Source: Octopus vulgaris (taxonomy: Eukaryota). From it: a DNA stretch of 64,000 bases. A program made the translations under genes and the position numbers. The DNA lies in the NCBI GenBank assembly GCA_951406725.2, contig OX597832.1, positions 2,790,001-2,854,000 on the forward strand, written 5' to 3'. The notes under the pieces were generated by a model. The model had not been told where the DNA came from, made no database searches, and saw only the letters and a list, made by a program, of their open reading frames with translations. Positions 1 through 12,911 of the stretch are shown here, in pieces (within the stretch, counting starts at the first letter, position 1; each line of letters starts with the position of its first letter).

Positions 1-110
1 AGAGACCGATGGAATAAATACTAGGCTTAGAAAGAATAAGTCCTGGGGTTGATTTGTTTGATAGTGCTTCAGCGTAGCTGCAGTCAAAAGACTGAAACAG
101 GTAAAAGAAT
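1..110 (+). mobile_element. 3' part of abundant octopus-type SINE
   Basis: agagaccgat..gaataagtcctggggt..gactgaaac..taaaaga tail, repeated at 660-810 and 25560-25700, and inverted at 23485-23620 and 25718-25850. Confidence 0.8.
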
Positions 111-140
111 ATGTATGTGTGTGTGTGTGTGTGTATCTAC

Positions 141-322
141 ATGCAGTTAAATATATGTCTGGTTATAGAATGACCAATGGTTTTGCATCCATAAAGCGCT
201 TGGCTTTATAGATGACTCATCAGACTTGGCCATAGGAGTCTTTTGAGTTGTCTATAAAGCTAAGCACTTTATGGATGTGAAACCATTGGTCACTCTATAA
301 CCTGACATTTATTTAACTTCAT
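141..322. repeat. Fold-back made of two head-to-head hammerhead-ribozyme copies (family A)
   Basis: Arms of about 88 bp at 141-228 and 236-322. Minus copy CTGATGA...caAAA-CCATTGG-TC; plus copy gagt-cttttga...GAAA-CCATTGG-TC-actc. Confidence 0.8.
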
Positions 323-544
323 ATCCATACATTACTGCTGTAACCTTTAGAATACACACACACACACACACATGTATGTGTGTAGCTTTATAGCAGAAAG
401 TTTACTATTCAATCCATAAAGAGATTTATCATTTAAGTACCACACAGGAATATATATTGGGGCCAGTATGAACTCTTTGAATATGGTGCTGCAGTATGGC
501 CACAATCCAATGACTGAAACCTGTAAAAGAATAAAAGAATATGC

Positions 545-810
545 CTGTATCTGTGTGTGTGTGTGTGTATGTGTAAAGTGTTTGTTTGTCTTTATTGTTT
601 GTTACCCCACCATTTCTTGACAACTGGTGTGGATTTGCTTACATCTCTATAACTTACTGGTTCAGCAGAAGAGACCAATAAAATACATAACCAGACTTTA
701 AAAAATATAAGTCCTGGGGTTGAGTTGTTTGAGTAAACCCTTCAAGGCAGTGTCCTAGTATGGCTGCAGTCCAATGACTGTAACAAGTGAATGATAAACA
801 GTAAAAGATA
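545..810 (+). mobile_element. SINE copy, same family as 1-110
   Basis: (TG)n-ccccaccac-cttgacaactggtg...aagtcctgggg...gactg body. Confidence 0.75.
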
Positions 811-880
811 CATTTAAATTTTCTGTTTATTAGTCAAAAATCAAAGTAACAATCATAAGATGTACAGCATAAGTTTACTA

Positions 881-1279
881 ATCATCATCATCATTGTTCG
901 ACCGTGGTCGAGACAATGGAATTTACCATGCTACGCCAGACTTCACGGTCCATCATGGCATTATGGAGGTCCTGTTGCTGGATGCCTGTATCCCTGGAGA
1001 TTACATTAGGGTAGGAGAGTGTGCGCCCTCTGGTATTGCGAGTAGATGGCTTCCAGAGGAGAAGAGTAGAAATTACCTCTTATTCAGCTCTACAACAATG
1101 TCCAGCAAACTGGACTCCCCTACCTTTCACAAGAGATGACACAGGTGGTAGTTTCCCATATATTTGCATTTTGGTTGGATGGCGCTTCCACGAGAGATTT
1201 TGAGCTCTCATAAGGAGGCGAGTGTAGGTTCCATCCAACCACCTCTCAAGCTTCTTTGATAATGTCCAGGTTTCTGAGT
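881..1279 (-). mobile_element. RTE/RTEX LINE 3' fragment with (TGA)n tail
   Basis: Minus translation ETWTLSKKLERWLDGTYTRLLMRAQNLSWKRHPT...QFAGHC...AMMDREVWRSMV; ends in a tgatgatga repeat. Confidence 0.85.
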
Positions 1280-1895
1280 TTACTAATAAAAAACGAAAAA
1301 TAGAAATTAGTTGTCTGACATTTTATTTCCTTGAATGGTTAAGAGTTAGCTATGAAGACCAGGCTGAAATTCCTGATGCCTGAATAATGAAATGTCCTGT
1401 TTCAAGTGACAATTATTAATTTCTTTAGTGGATTTGAGCCATCAGTTGACAGTCCATTCTAACTATTACAATCAATCAATTCAGTGACTTCTTTACTATA
1501 TAAAGACAGAAATAATTAAAAAATGATATTACTTATTAAACAGAAATTGCATATATATATAGTATAGTGCATGCTGTCATCATCATCATTGTCCTCGTCA
1601 TCATTTTAACGTATATTTTTCCATGTTTGCATGTGTCAGGCAAACTTTTTGTCAGATGCTCTTCCTGTTACCAACTTGACTTGTTTCCAAACAAGGTAAT
1701 AATAACCGCTCAGTCTATCAAACAACAAATAAATTGGACATGGTTACATGGAAAACTGAAAACAAATGATGCCATTGGAAAAGCAATTGTTTATAACAAG
1801 TGAACAAACATGAGGGAAATATGAATTTTCTCACACAAACAAGCATGCATGCATATATGAATACATGCATGCATATATGAATATATGCATGCATG

Positions 1896-1959
<64 letters not shown>

Positions 1960-1965
1960 TACATA

Positions 1966-2445
1966 GCTGCCCAGCGGATGTTAACGTAAAGCTGAAGATC
2001 AGTGAAAAAGAGAACACCTATGCTGAACTATTGAGAAATCTGCAGTTAGTCTATCTAGATTATAAGTTCAAGTTTATACCTGTAATTATTGATACACTGG
2101 GATGTGTAACACACTGTCTAAATACCAATCTTGAGAAATTGGGCTTCTCAGGACCAGAAATTAGAAAGCTAATTCGAAGACTACAGATCCAATCCATCAC
2201 TGGAACTGTAAAAAATTGCAAAACTTTCCAGAGGTTTATCATTTAAATATATATGAGCATGTCTAGATATGCAAGTATATGCATGAGAATGAATGCATGC
2301 ATGCATACACACACACACACACACACAAATACATACATACAACAAAAATACCCTGTTGTTGATGTTGAAATTCCAGTGAAGGAGCCTTGGATCTAGGTTA
2401 GAAACTGGTTCTTTCTCTATTGGCAAAAAATCTTGAAATAAACTG
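1966..2445 (+). mobile_element. R4/Dong-like non-LTR retrotransposon 3' end (restriction-like endonuclease)
   Basis: SCPADVNVKLKISEKENTYAELLRNL...FIPVIIDTLG matches the RLE C-terminal pattern; flanked by (CA)/(TACA) repeats. Confidence 0.75.
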
Positions 2446-2481
2446 ATTAATGACTGACTGACAGACAGACATGCATACAGT

Positions 2482-2524
<43 letters not shown>

Positions 2525-2799
2525 TCAAGCAAACAAACAAACAAAGTATAGAACTCATTGCCCCTGTTGACATGAATATCTCTTTGAAAATCAAAGAAAA
2601 GGATAATTACAGACAACTACCTTGAAATTTCTTGATTCTGTATCCAGATTATAATTTCACATTCATACCAAAAATAATTGGCACACTTAGTTTTGTGAGT
2701 AAATGCCCAAGTGATCATATGGATAAGCTAGGGTTTTCAGAAAAAAGAATATAAGCCAATTTGCACGTTACAAATACAATCTGAAAATGGAACAGTAAA

Positions 2800-3647
2800 A
2801 GTCTTTTTTCTTGAATAGCCATGTTGAGTCATTCCATGTTGACCGTTTGGTTCCGTTCAAGCAATTCGTAATGGATAATCCCTTTCCAGTCCCACCATAT
2901 GCACAACATCGTTTTATGCGGATGAAGATCTTGTTTCACACACGGTGTCGCTTGTTTACTGGGGCTAAGCCATTCCTTATGCTGCTTCATATTGATGTAC
3001 AGGCACCATTTTTTGACACCAGTAACGATTCGGTAAAGAAATCGTTGCTTGTGTCCATGAGTTGAGCGGTGACAAGCAAGCAAACCAGTGGATATTGTGG
3101 TTCGTTGATTTTTGTTGTCACTTAAAACATGTGGAACCCATGCTTCACACTTCTGAACCTTTCCTATTGAGTGAAGATGCTTCTCTATAGCAGTGCGGGA
3201 GCATTCCATTTTCTCTGCTAGTTCCTTTGTCATTTGACGAGAATTTTCATGCAAAAGTTGGTTTAATCACTCTTCATTGAACTCAACTGGACGGTCAGAA
3301 CGAGGTGCGTCTTTGAGGTCAAAATTTCCATTTTTTAAGTTGGCATACCAATCACGAGCCATTCTTTCAGCTATGGCACTCTCTCCATACACAGCACAAA
3401 TGTCGCAAACAGCTTTTGCGGCCTTAGAATCTTGATCAAAAACCAAAAGAAGGAGGTGTCGAAAATGCTTGTTTTTCTTAATTTGACATTCCATTTTAAT
3501 GATTTGAAAATAAACAAAAATTAACTAAAATTAACATTCCAAAATGATTCAAAAATAGAATTCTCGAAAAAATAGATTCCAAAATTTAAAAACGCAATAA
3601 ATTCCAAAATTTAAAAAAACGGCAGGAACTTAGTTGCCAACCCAGTA
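2800..3647 (-). mobile_element. mariner transposon, 3'-truncated and frameshifted
   Basis: ORFs 3267-3494 and 2829-3254 with WVPHVL, RIVTGVKKW, LHPHKTMLCIWWDWKGIIHYELL; TIR TA-ctgggttggcaactaagttcc at 3621-3647. Confidence 0.92.
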
Positions 3648-3759
3648 CTTTCTAATGATTGCTCTTTATATGTTCACCAGAAACCAAGAAGATTTCAAAT
3701 AGCTAAGAATAGAAAATAGATAGATATGCGTATGCATATGCAGATGCATTCATGCACGC

Positions 3760-3935
3760 ACAAACACACACACACACAATGGGCTTTCTTCAGTTTCTGT
3801 CTACCGAATCCATTCACGAGGCTTTGGTCAAACTGAACTTAGAGTGGAAGACACTTTCTCAAAGTACCGTGCAGTGAGGTTGAAACTAAAACCATATGGT
3901 TAAGAAATGAACTTCTTAACCATATAGCCATGCCT
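3760..3935 (-). mobile_element. SINE 5' half (tRNA-derived head)
   Basis: Reverse copy of the head seen at 25325-25480. Confidence 0.7.
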
Positions 3936-4259
3936 GTGCATATTTAATACTATGATTTAATATGATTGTAAGATAATGATTTCAATTCCTGGACCAGGTG
4001 GTGCATGGTGTTGAATAAAACACTTCATCTCATGTTGCACTTGATGTGTGGCACACGTGCACCTGTTCAGACAACATCAGTTTGATGGAGGGAATAAGCT
4101 TATGTACAGTGTAAACGTTTGATCACTATAAACAAATCATTTGTACAGGTTATTCAGCAAGAAATTGCAGAACTGTCTTTCTTAGACTATAAATGACTAC
4201 ATGCATAACATAGCATATGCATTAACTAGAAATTGCATACATAAAACAGAAACATAATG

Positions 4260-4713
4260 GAGCAGTTGTATACTGTCAACTTAATGTGACAGTCCCATGA
4301 AGGGAATCACACCACTGCTATTTAGCCCTAGGAAGCATCAACACTTCCTGCCGGCCTTGACACATTTCCTGTGTCCTTATGTTTACAAGGGGGAGATAAA
4401 CACCCCCACCCAGCTAAGCCTGCATTCAGAGACTAGTTTCTGAGTCCTTGCTCGTCATCAGTCTGGAGTAACATGGCCTTCTAGCTGGAGATGCCTGTCT
4501 AGCTCTTGTAAACATATAAGAATTCTAGTGAAATAAATCCACTGATTACAAAAATAGAAATATTACATTTCTAAATATCTCAGAGAGATATAAGCAGTGG
4601 TTGTACGTTAGAGTAGTTGTATACTGTCAACTCAATGTAACAGTCCCATGAAGGGAATCACACCACCGCTATTTAGCCCTAGGAAGCATCAACACTTCTT
4701 GCCAGCCTTGACA
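4260..4713 (-). mobile_element. Retrozyme-like non-coding element: 1.3 copies of a 351-bp unit containing a hammerhead
   Basis: Direct repeats of about 100 bp at 4260-4362 and 4611-4713; acataat on both flanks; no ORF. Confidence 0.7.
4427..4465 (-). ncRNA. Minimal type-I hammerhead ribozyme (family B)
   Basis: caga-CTGATGA-c-gag-caagga-ctc-a-GAAA-CTAG-TC-tctg; palindromic stem III ACTAGT; GUC triplet. Confidence 0.85.
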
Positions 4714-5020
4714 TAATACATAATACAAACTTGGAAAGTTGCAGTTAGCAACCAGCGAGGATCATGGTGAGCAGAGACTTTGAAATTGTTTCAGAATTTT
4801 GATAAAATAATTTCATTGTGGTTATGCTGCTTCATTTATGCAAAGTCAATTTTGATTCTTTCTTAATAGTAAAAATTAGTGATTCTAACATAAGCACAAA
4901 GCCTGATATTTTGTGGGAAGGGGTTATTCAATTAAATCGATCCCAGTAATTGACTGGTTCTTTATTTTATTGAGCATGGAAGGATGAAAAGTAAAGTTTG
5001 TACTGGTTTTAGCTTTAAAG

Positions 5021-5112
5021 TTTTAGGGCTAGGGTTAGGGTTTTTATGGTTAGGGTTTTACGGCTAGGGTTAGGGTTAAGATTTTAGGGTAAGGGTTTTA
5101 GGGTTAGAGTTA
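5021..5112 (+). repeat. Degenerate interstitial TTAGGG-like repeats
   Basis: ttagggctagggttagggttttt...tagggttagggtt...tagggttagagtt. Confidence 0.75.
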
Positions 5113-5330
5113 CGGAAAAAATGAAAAATGAAGAAATTGGATGGGTAGGGGTAAGGGGCAAAGAAGTCTTTCCGAAAATAGTAGCTGAAAAACAGGAAAA
5201 AAACCCTAAAAACAGTAGAAATGCACGAACGATTATGGTGGTGCCATGAAGTAAACATGCTTCAGATACACTTGTTTATTCATAGAAACGTAACTGAGAT
5301 GAAATATGCCATAAATAACAGTGACAAACG

Positions 5331-6420
<1,090 letters not shown>

Positions 6421-6646
6421 TGTGTGTGTGTGTGTGTGCATGCATTATATATACAAATTATATATATGTATAAATTAAATTAGAGATAAAACCACTAATA
6501 GGCAAATGAAACAGTAAAAAAACCAAAAACAAAAACATAAAAATAAAAATATAATATAGAAAATATATAAAATATAAAATTTAAATTATTTAAATTTAAA
6601 ATAAAAATTATTAAATTATATTTATAATTTGTTTAAAAATATATAT

Positions 6647-6738
6647 AACTATCAAAAAGTATTAAAAAGTTTAACATACATAAATACAGATATATACACT
6701 TTGTACATATACATTATATATACATATTTATATATCGA

Positions 6739-6773
<35 letters not shown>

Positions 6774-7312
6774 AATGAATGCAATAAATATCTGATTCAT
6801 AATATTTGTTCTCATGATTGTGTGTTGTTGGTGGCGATGATAATTCTCTCTATGAATGCAGACAGATACATAAAAGAACGCTGTCTGACGAACTTATAAA
6901 GGGAAACTGAAGGGGAGTTAGAGGGGAATGGAGGAAATAGTGTGAGTGAGTGAGGAAGACATATACGTAAAAGAACAGGAGTGGAACTATCAAAAAGTAT
7001 TAAAAAGTTTAATATACATAAATACAGATATATACACTTTGTATATATACATTATATATACATATTTATATAGAGAGCACACACACACACACATATATAT
7101 AAATGAATGCAAGAAATATCTGATTCATGATATTTGTTCTCATGATTGTGTGTTCTTGGTGGTGATGATAATTCTCTCTATGAATGCAGACAGATACATA
7201 AAAGAACGCCATCTGACGAACTTATAAAGGGAAACTGAAGGAGTTAGAGGGGAATGGAGGAAATAGTGTGAGTGAGTGAGGAAGACATATACGTAAAAGA
7301 ACGGGAGTGGAC
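6647..7312. repeat. Tandem duplication, ~335-bp unit x2
   Basis: aactatcaaaaagtattaaaaag...gagtgga at 6647-6986 and 6986-7312. Confidence 0.9.
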
Positions 7313-7380
7313 TTGTCAAAGTGGGTTTTTGGCCGCTAGCAACGACCAAGTGATCCAAGCGGTAAAAACGCATTTCAGTT

Positions 7381-7392
7381 TTATATATATAG

Positions 7393-7450
<58 letters not shown>

Positions 7451-7515
7451 GTATATGCATATATATATATGTATATACATATATATAATGTATATATATA
7501 TATGTATATATATAC

Positions 7516-7556
<41 letters not shown>
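7381..7556. repeat. Imperfect (TA)n
   Basis: Direct reading. Confidence 0.95.
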
Positions 7557-7559
<3 letters not shown>

Positions 7560-7688
7560 ATAATAAATATTAGGGAATAAATCCAAACTTACAGGGAAAA
7601 ATCAGATTTAGGATTGAATCCAATTTTATAGTAAAATATTATATTATATTAAATTAGAGACAAAAACTCGCCAAGAAAAATTTTGAAA

Positions 7689-7751
7689 CCACCTGATGAA
7701 TGACTGCGACTCAAAAATTTAAAGACAGCAGGCAGGAAACGATCGTAGTGG
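7689..7751 (+). ncRNA. Type-I hammerhead ribozyme (family C)
   Basis: ccac-CTGATGA-a-tgactgc...gcaggca-g-GAAAC-GATC-GTA-gtgg; stem I ccac/gtgg; palindromic stem III ACGATCGT. Confidence 0.85.
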
Positions 7752-7853
7752 ATATTAATTATATTTTTTAATAATTGTTACATATTTAAATAATATAAAT
7801 TAATCATATGTATTGGCTTAAGTCTTTCATTGTTTGGTTTTGTCTCTAATTTA

Positions 7854-7901
<48 letters not shown>

Positions 7902-7999
7902 TACCCACATACACACTCATGTACATGCTTGTTTGTTGGTAAGATAAGCCAAAGTGTACTCAATTCCTTGAGAGATAAATATCATGTAATGACTGGAGG

Positions 8000-9775
8000 G
8001 GTTATACATGAGCTGCTTCTTGTTTTGTAGTAGGATAATGCTGTAGTCAGATGGGCTTGTGTAGTGCACAGCACAGAATCTCACAATTGTTTAGGCTACT
8101 CAGTAAGGAAATGTAAGAAAAAAAATCAGTACCAAATAAAAAGTAAAAAGTGCGGTGAGTACATTATGAAACGTTTTAAGGGAATGGGTGTTGAAGGTTA
8201 ATTCTCTTTAACCTGTTAAATGAAGACTATTTTTAATGTTGAGTGCTCACATCTCAAAAATACTATGCTAATTAGATGAGGTAGTTGAAGTGGACAAAGG
8301 CTATGGTGGGTGAAATTGGATGTCTAATGCAGTGAGTGGGGTGCATCTTGAAGCTAGATAACAGAAACTTGCTGAAATAGATACATCTTGTTGAAATCTC
8401 TGATCTTGAGTTTAGGTCAGTGCAGTTCTTAAATCTAATAAGGATGTGTGTTGTTTTAATTATACAGAGCCTGTCACTATTTTGATTCCTTAATGTTTAG
8501 TCTAGATCTTTCTTTGATGTTCCACTTGATGAGTATTGCGGTCCTTCAGGTTCTACATATGGCTTGCTGGCTTTGTTCTTTGTTTTTTTGTGTATGTGTT
8601 TGAGAGAAGAATGGTGGAATGCTTATCTCTTTTTGAAGTGACTTTGCAGTCCAAGAAACCTTTTATCTTTCAGTTCCCTTATTTGGCAACTTTGTAGACA
8701 ACTGATGCAACCATGCAAGCCTGGTCTAGTGAAAAGTATGTGGAGTTGGAGTGGGCATCTTGGTTGGCCTACATAAGATGATGTTTTACATATCAGAGTA
8801 ACAGTTGTAGGAAACTTTCATTGGACGTCTATTGATGAGTTTTTTACAACTATAGCTATCAGGTGTATCTAGCAAGACTAGAAATTTTTTTTTTACCTAC
8901 ATTAGCCCTAAAATTCAAGGAGAAAGCAGGAGCAAATCATATAAATTATCTAGGTCAACTTTTAGGCTAGGTTCAAGTTTGGCTCAGAGTGTATATCTTC
9001 CCTTCAAAGCCACAGTTGACCAGGGCACTATTATTGTAGGGACTGCCTTACCAAAATTTTTTTTAGAGAAAGAGAGGTGAGAGATAATATTACTAATGTT
9101 AGCTATAAGGCTTTTAAAAATAATAGTAGGGTGGCAAGACTGTTTGTGTATATACCTAAATTTATAATTTGGCTTATGGTAGAACTTGTAAGTGTTTAAT
9201 TCAAGGCTCAGGAAAACATCTGAGACCTATACTGCTAAAGATGGATATGAGGTTTTTCCAAAACGTATCTAGAGTATTGCAATCACAGCCATGGGGTATT
9301 CTTAATACATCATCTTGGTATAAACCAATATAATTTTTTTCTCATTTTTGTTTGTTTTTTTTTTTGCATTTTCTCATGGAGTAGCTATGTCATTTCAGTC
9401 TGAATGTGGCCAGATCGTGTACACTACACTATGCATGCCTATTTGATTACTGCACTATCAAAACATGAAACTTGAAGGAACTCACATATAATTCCTGTAT
9501 TCATTAAATATAGTTGCATTGGTATATTCATTAATGTTATACTGCTATTTTTGATGGTTATTTAAGCAATGTGCTTGTGGATGGTTAATAGATTGGATGT
9601 GGTGCTGAAGAAGGAGCAAGAACTGAAAAGTGCATATATGCTCATTATCTATTTTCCTGTCTTTGATCACATTGTTTACATTAGATGTTTTCATGTATGA
9701 GACGCCATAACAAATCAGTGGTGGCTCTAATTTCTATAGAAAATCTGAAGAGATAACATTAAAAAGTAATGTGTG
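8000..9775. mobile_element. Highly decayed Penelope-like element, apparently with an internal inversion
   Basis: Faint + strand RT-end motifs (LKF..HINYL at ~8905-8955); terminal repeat 9560-9770 shared with 13981-14165 carries a hammerhead-like core. Confidence 0.45.
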
Positions 9776-10140
9776 CGTGTGCATAAAATGCATAAATAAC
9801 TATAAGAATGAGTATACAATTAAATGAAAAAAAGGACTCAATATGATGAAGTAGAGCAGATTATAATGTATTCAAAGCTAAAATCAAGATTCCACCTCTG
9901 AATAAAGGCATGCAGGTTAGATTAAATGTATCATAGTATATGCTTTTGCCCATGTTTGTTTTGAATTCAATTTAATGTCTTATACTTCTGAATCCAAATA
10001 TAAAAAGTAATATGTATACATCATATTTAATATAAATAGGTAACTTAAATAATATGCAAAATACTAAAAATTGGGGTGAATCTACCAGAATAAACCCACA
10101 AAAATAAACGTTGCTGTGCTTCTTTGAAAAATCAATATTG

Positions 10141-10160
10141 CCAGTAGTAGGAGCAGCAAC

Positions 10161-10218
<58 letters not shown>

Positions 10219-10222
10219 TAGT

Positions 10223-10258
<36 letters not shown>

Positions 10259-10330
10259 TGTAATAGTAGTAGCAGTAGCAGTAACAGTAGTAGCAGGAGC
10301 AGTAATATTTTTTGCAGCAGCTGCAGCAAC
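10141..10330. repeat. Compound (GTA)n/(GCA)n microsatellite
   Basis: Direct reading; explains the poly-T/Y/C/L ORFs. Confidence 0.95.
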
Positions 10331-11397
10331 AGTTGCTTGTAATTAGATTGTTGTATAAGTCAGCCAAGATTAACAGGCTTGTGGCACAGGATTATCTAAA
10401 TAAGTGTTTGGTAATCCTTATGGACAACATGTTAGATATGAAACACAAATGCATCCTAATCCAGTTGATTGTTGGAGCGTCAGTGATGACTTTCTTTTAA
10501 TATAGGGATTCAAAGAAGATATATTTTAATGGTTTCCCAGCAAGTCCACATTTAATCCATGCAGTAACACTTGTACATTGTAAAGTGTCCTAGATGTATA
10601 TACCAGTGAACTGCACATGTCAGTGGTGTCTAATTTCAGACCAGTGGAAATTATTACCACTATGAGTATTTTTAGTTTGAGAGATGCAGAAATTTAAGCC
10701 TGTTTGTCAAGGATGAAGGAAAGCACTGGAGAGTCAATAAGATCTTTTGCATCTGACATCTTTATGAAATATGCTAGGTTTCACACACATAATATAGTGA
10801 GTTGAAAATTTCTGATTAACTAAGATTGTCCAAGTAAACAAAAACCTCCGTTTGGGTTTAGAATCTAAAAACAACAAAGGAAGATAACTCAGATAATATC
10901 AGTTAATTGAAGTTTTTGAAAATATAGATGATGCAGTATAAGAATGTATCTAGTTTTTAAGCCCATTGGAAAAAGTAAGGAACAGATTGTTTATGTTATG
11001 AGACCTCCTATGCAAAATATATTCTACTCAGTAAAACTAACAGGGATCTATCTATCCATGACAGTATGGAAAATGGACGTTAAATGATGATAATGTACAT
11101 ACATACATACATACATACTTACATACATATTTTATATACTTTATTTAAAGCAGCATATATATATATATGATTGCCTCATTATATCAGATGATAGCCATCT
11201 TACATTCATCCAGATTGTTCTGTTTTACTTTCATCCTTGCATTTGTGCATAGAGCATCTGATTTTTGACAACATGAGATGAAGTAGTTTATTCACCAGGT
11301 CTCTTGAGTTCGTAGTATGTCATTAGATTTGAGAGACAAAAGCTTATCCAACACTTTTGCCATTTCCCTGATGTGCATATGTATATGTATGAATATA

Positions 11398-11580
11398 TAT
11401 CATCATTTAGCGTCCATTTTCCATGCTGGCATGGGTTGGTGGGTTTGACAGGAACTGATGAGCCAGAGGACCGCATCAAGTTCTACTGTCTACTTTGGCA
11501 TGGGCTCTACTGCTAGATGCCCTTGCTAATGACAATCACTTTTCAGCAGTGTGTAAGTAGGTGCTTTTTACATCTCAGCA
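11398..11580 (-). mobile_element. SINE with (TGA)n tail (RTE-type 3' end)
   Basis: catcatttagcgtccattttccatgctggcatgggttgg; same family at 15456-15675 and 5490-5595. Confidence 0.75.
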
Positions 11581-11638
11581 GCACCACACAGACACAAACA
11601 CACATTTTTAGAAGGTTGATTGTTATGGCTGCTCAGAG

Positions 11639-11696
11639 AGTGACCATTGGTTTCACACTTATAAATCACTTTACTGTATAGGTGACTCATCAGACT
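11639..11696 (-). ncRNA. Type-I hammerhead ribozyme, family A, intact core
   Basis: agt-CTGATGA-gtcacctata...tataagtgt-GAAA-CCAATGG-TC-act. Confidence 0.8.
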
Positions 11697-12777
11697 GAAA
11701 TGGCTGAAGGCACATAACCTTTCTATAACTGGAGGGAGGGAAACGTAATGGTTAGTTAATTTTGTGAACAAAAAATTATACATCTAGAGTGACCCTGCAG
11801 GTAGGGACAGGGTTATCTCCCTTACTTCCCTTCCACCATAATGATTTACAAAGCTGTTGGCTTGATTCTATTCAGAGTATGGGGAATTCCAAGCTTACAA
11901 CAGGAAACATTTCTGATGAGGATATTGACTAAACACTTCTTTTCTGGAATTTAAAAGGGCCCCCGGGTTAAACAAGTTTTACAGGATTCTTGCTCTCTCT
12001 ACCAAGCAAAGCTTACATCATTTGCTCTTGTTGATATATGGCTTCAGTTGTTCAAGGAGCCCCACTTAATTATGTATGGCACGCCCTCCTCTTTTAAATG
12101 CCATACATCCAGGCCAGGCACATGATGTTGTACTTCTCTGGTATCATAAAAGAGAACCTGTGGCTGCTCAGATGTTGCTTAAAGGGGCCACCAGTGGAAC
12201 CAAGATATTTCTGGATGTGATAGAACCAATGTTGTTTCTTTCATTAAATCAGAGCTTGATGTTGTTGTAGTTGCAGGTGTTGTTGCTGGAGGTGCTGCCA
12301 TTGTTGCTATTCCTGGATGTGATCCTGGTGATTTCATTACTGCTGTTGTAGCCGCCATTGCCAGCTACAATGTTGATATTGTTGCTGTTGGTGTTGTTTC
12401 TGCTGCTTGACACAATGCTGCCACCACTGCCGCTGGGGGCAAACAATGTAAGTTTCGCTTGACAAAGGGAACAAGAATCCTGAAAACCTTGCTTGACCTG
12501 GGAGCTTTTTTCAACTCCAGAAAAGAGCTGTTTACTCCATCTCCTCATCAGAGACGTTTCTTCTTGCAGGCTTAGAATCCTCCATTTGATGATTAGAGCC
12601 ACGCCAACAACTTTGTAAATCTTCACAGTGGAACTGATGTAAGGGAGATAACCTCATCCCTACCTGCAGGGTCATTCCGGATGTATATTTTTTGTTAACA
12701 GAACTAACTGACCATGATGTTTTCCTCCCTCCAGTAGTTGAGAAGTTATGTGAAAGATTATATGCTTCTGGTCATTT

Positions 12778-12837
12778 GAATCTGATGAGTTGCCTATACA
12801 GCTAAGTACTTTATAGGTGCAAAACCAATGGTTACTC
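12778..12837 (+). ncRNA. Family-A hammerhead with mutated core (GAAA to AAAA)
   Basis: gaat-CTGATGA-gttgcctata...tataggtgc-AAAA-CCAATGG-TT-actc. Confidence 0.7.
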
Positions 12838-12860
12838 TCTGACCAGCCATAACATATACG

Positions 12861-12911
<51 letters not shown>

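Larger units (their letters stand above)
11618..12853. mobile_element. Fold-back element with ~410-bp inverted arms, each ending in a family-A hammerhead
   Basis: 11618-12025 is a diverged reverse complement of 12437-12853 (gaccctgcaggtagggac / ccctacctgcagggtc). Confidence 0.85.

Noticed and set aside
4300-4345. Pistol- or twister-like motif (tagggctaaatag on the minus strand)
   Set aside because: The required P1 and pseudoknot order is absent.
9972-10367. Poly-C/Y/T/L ORFs, and the many YIYI, THTH and VCVC ORFs elsewhere
   Set aside because: They are translations of microsatellites.
10380-10780. Coding-like sequence (also 37230-37560)
   Set aside because: Multiple stops and no recognisable motif; probably old transposon debris.
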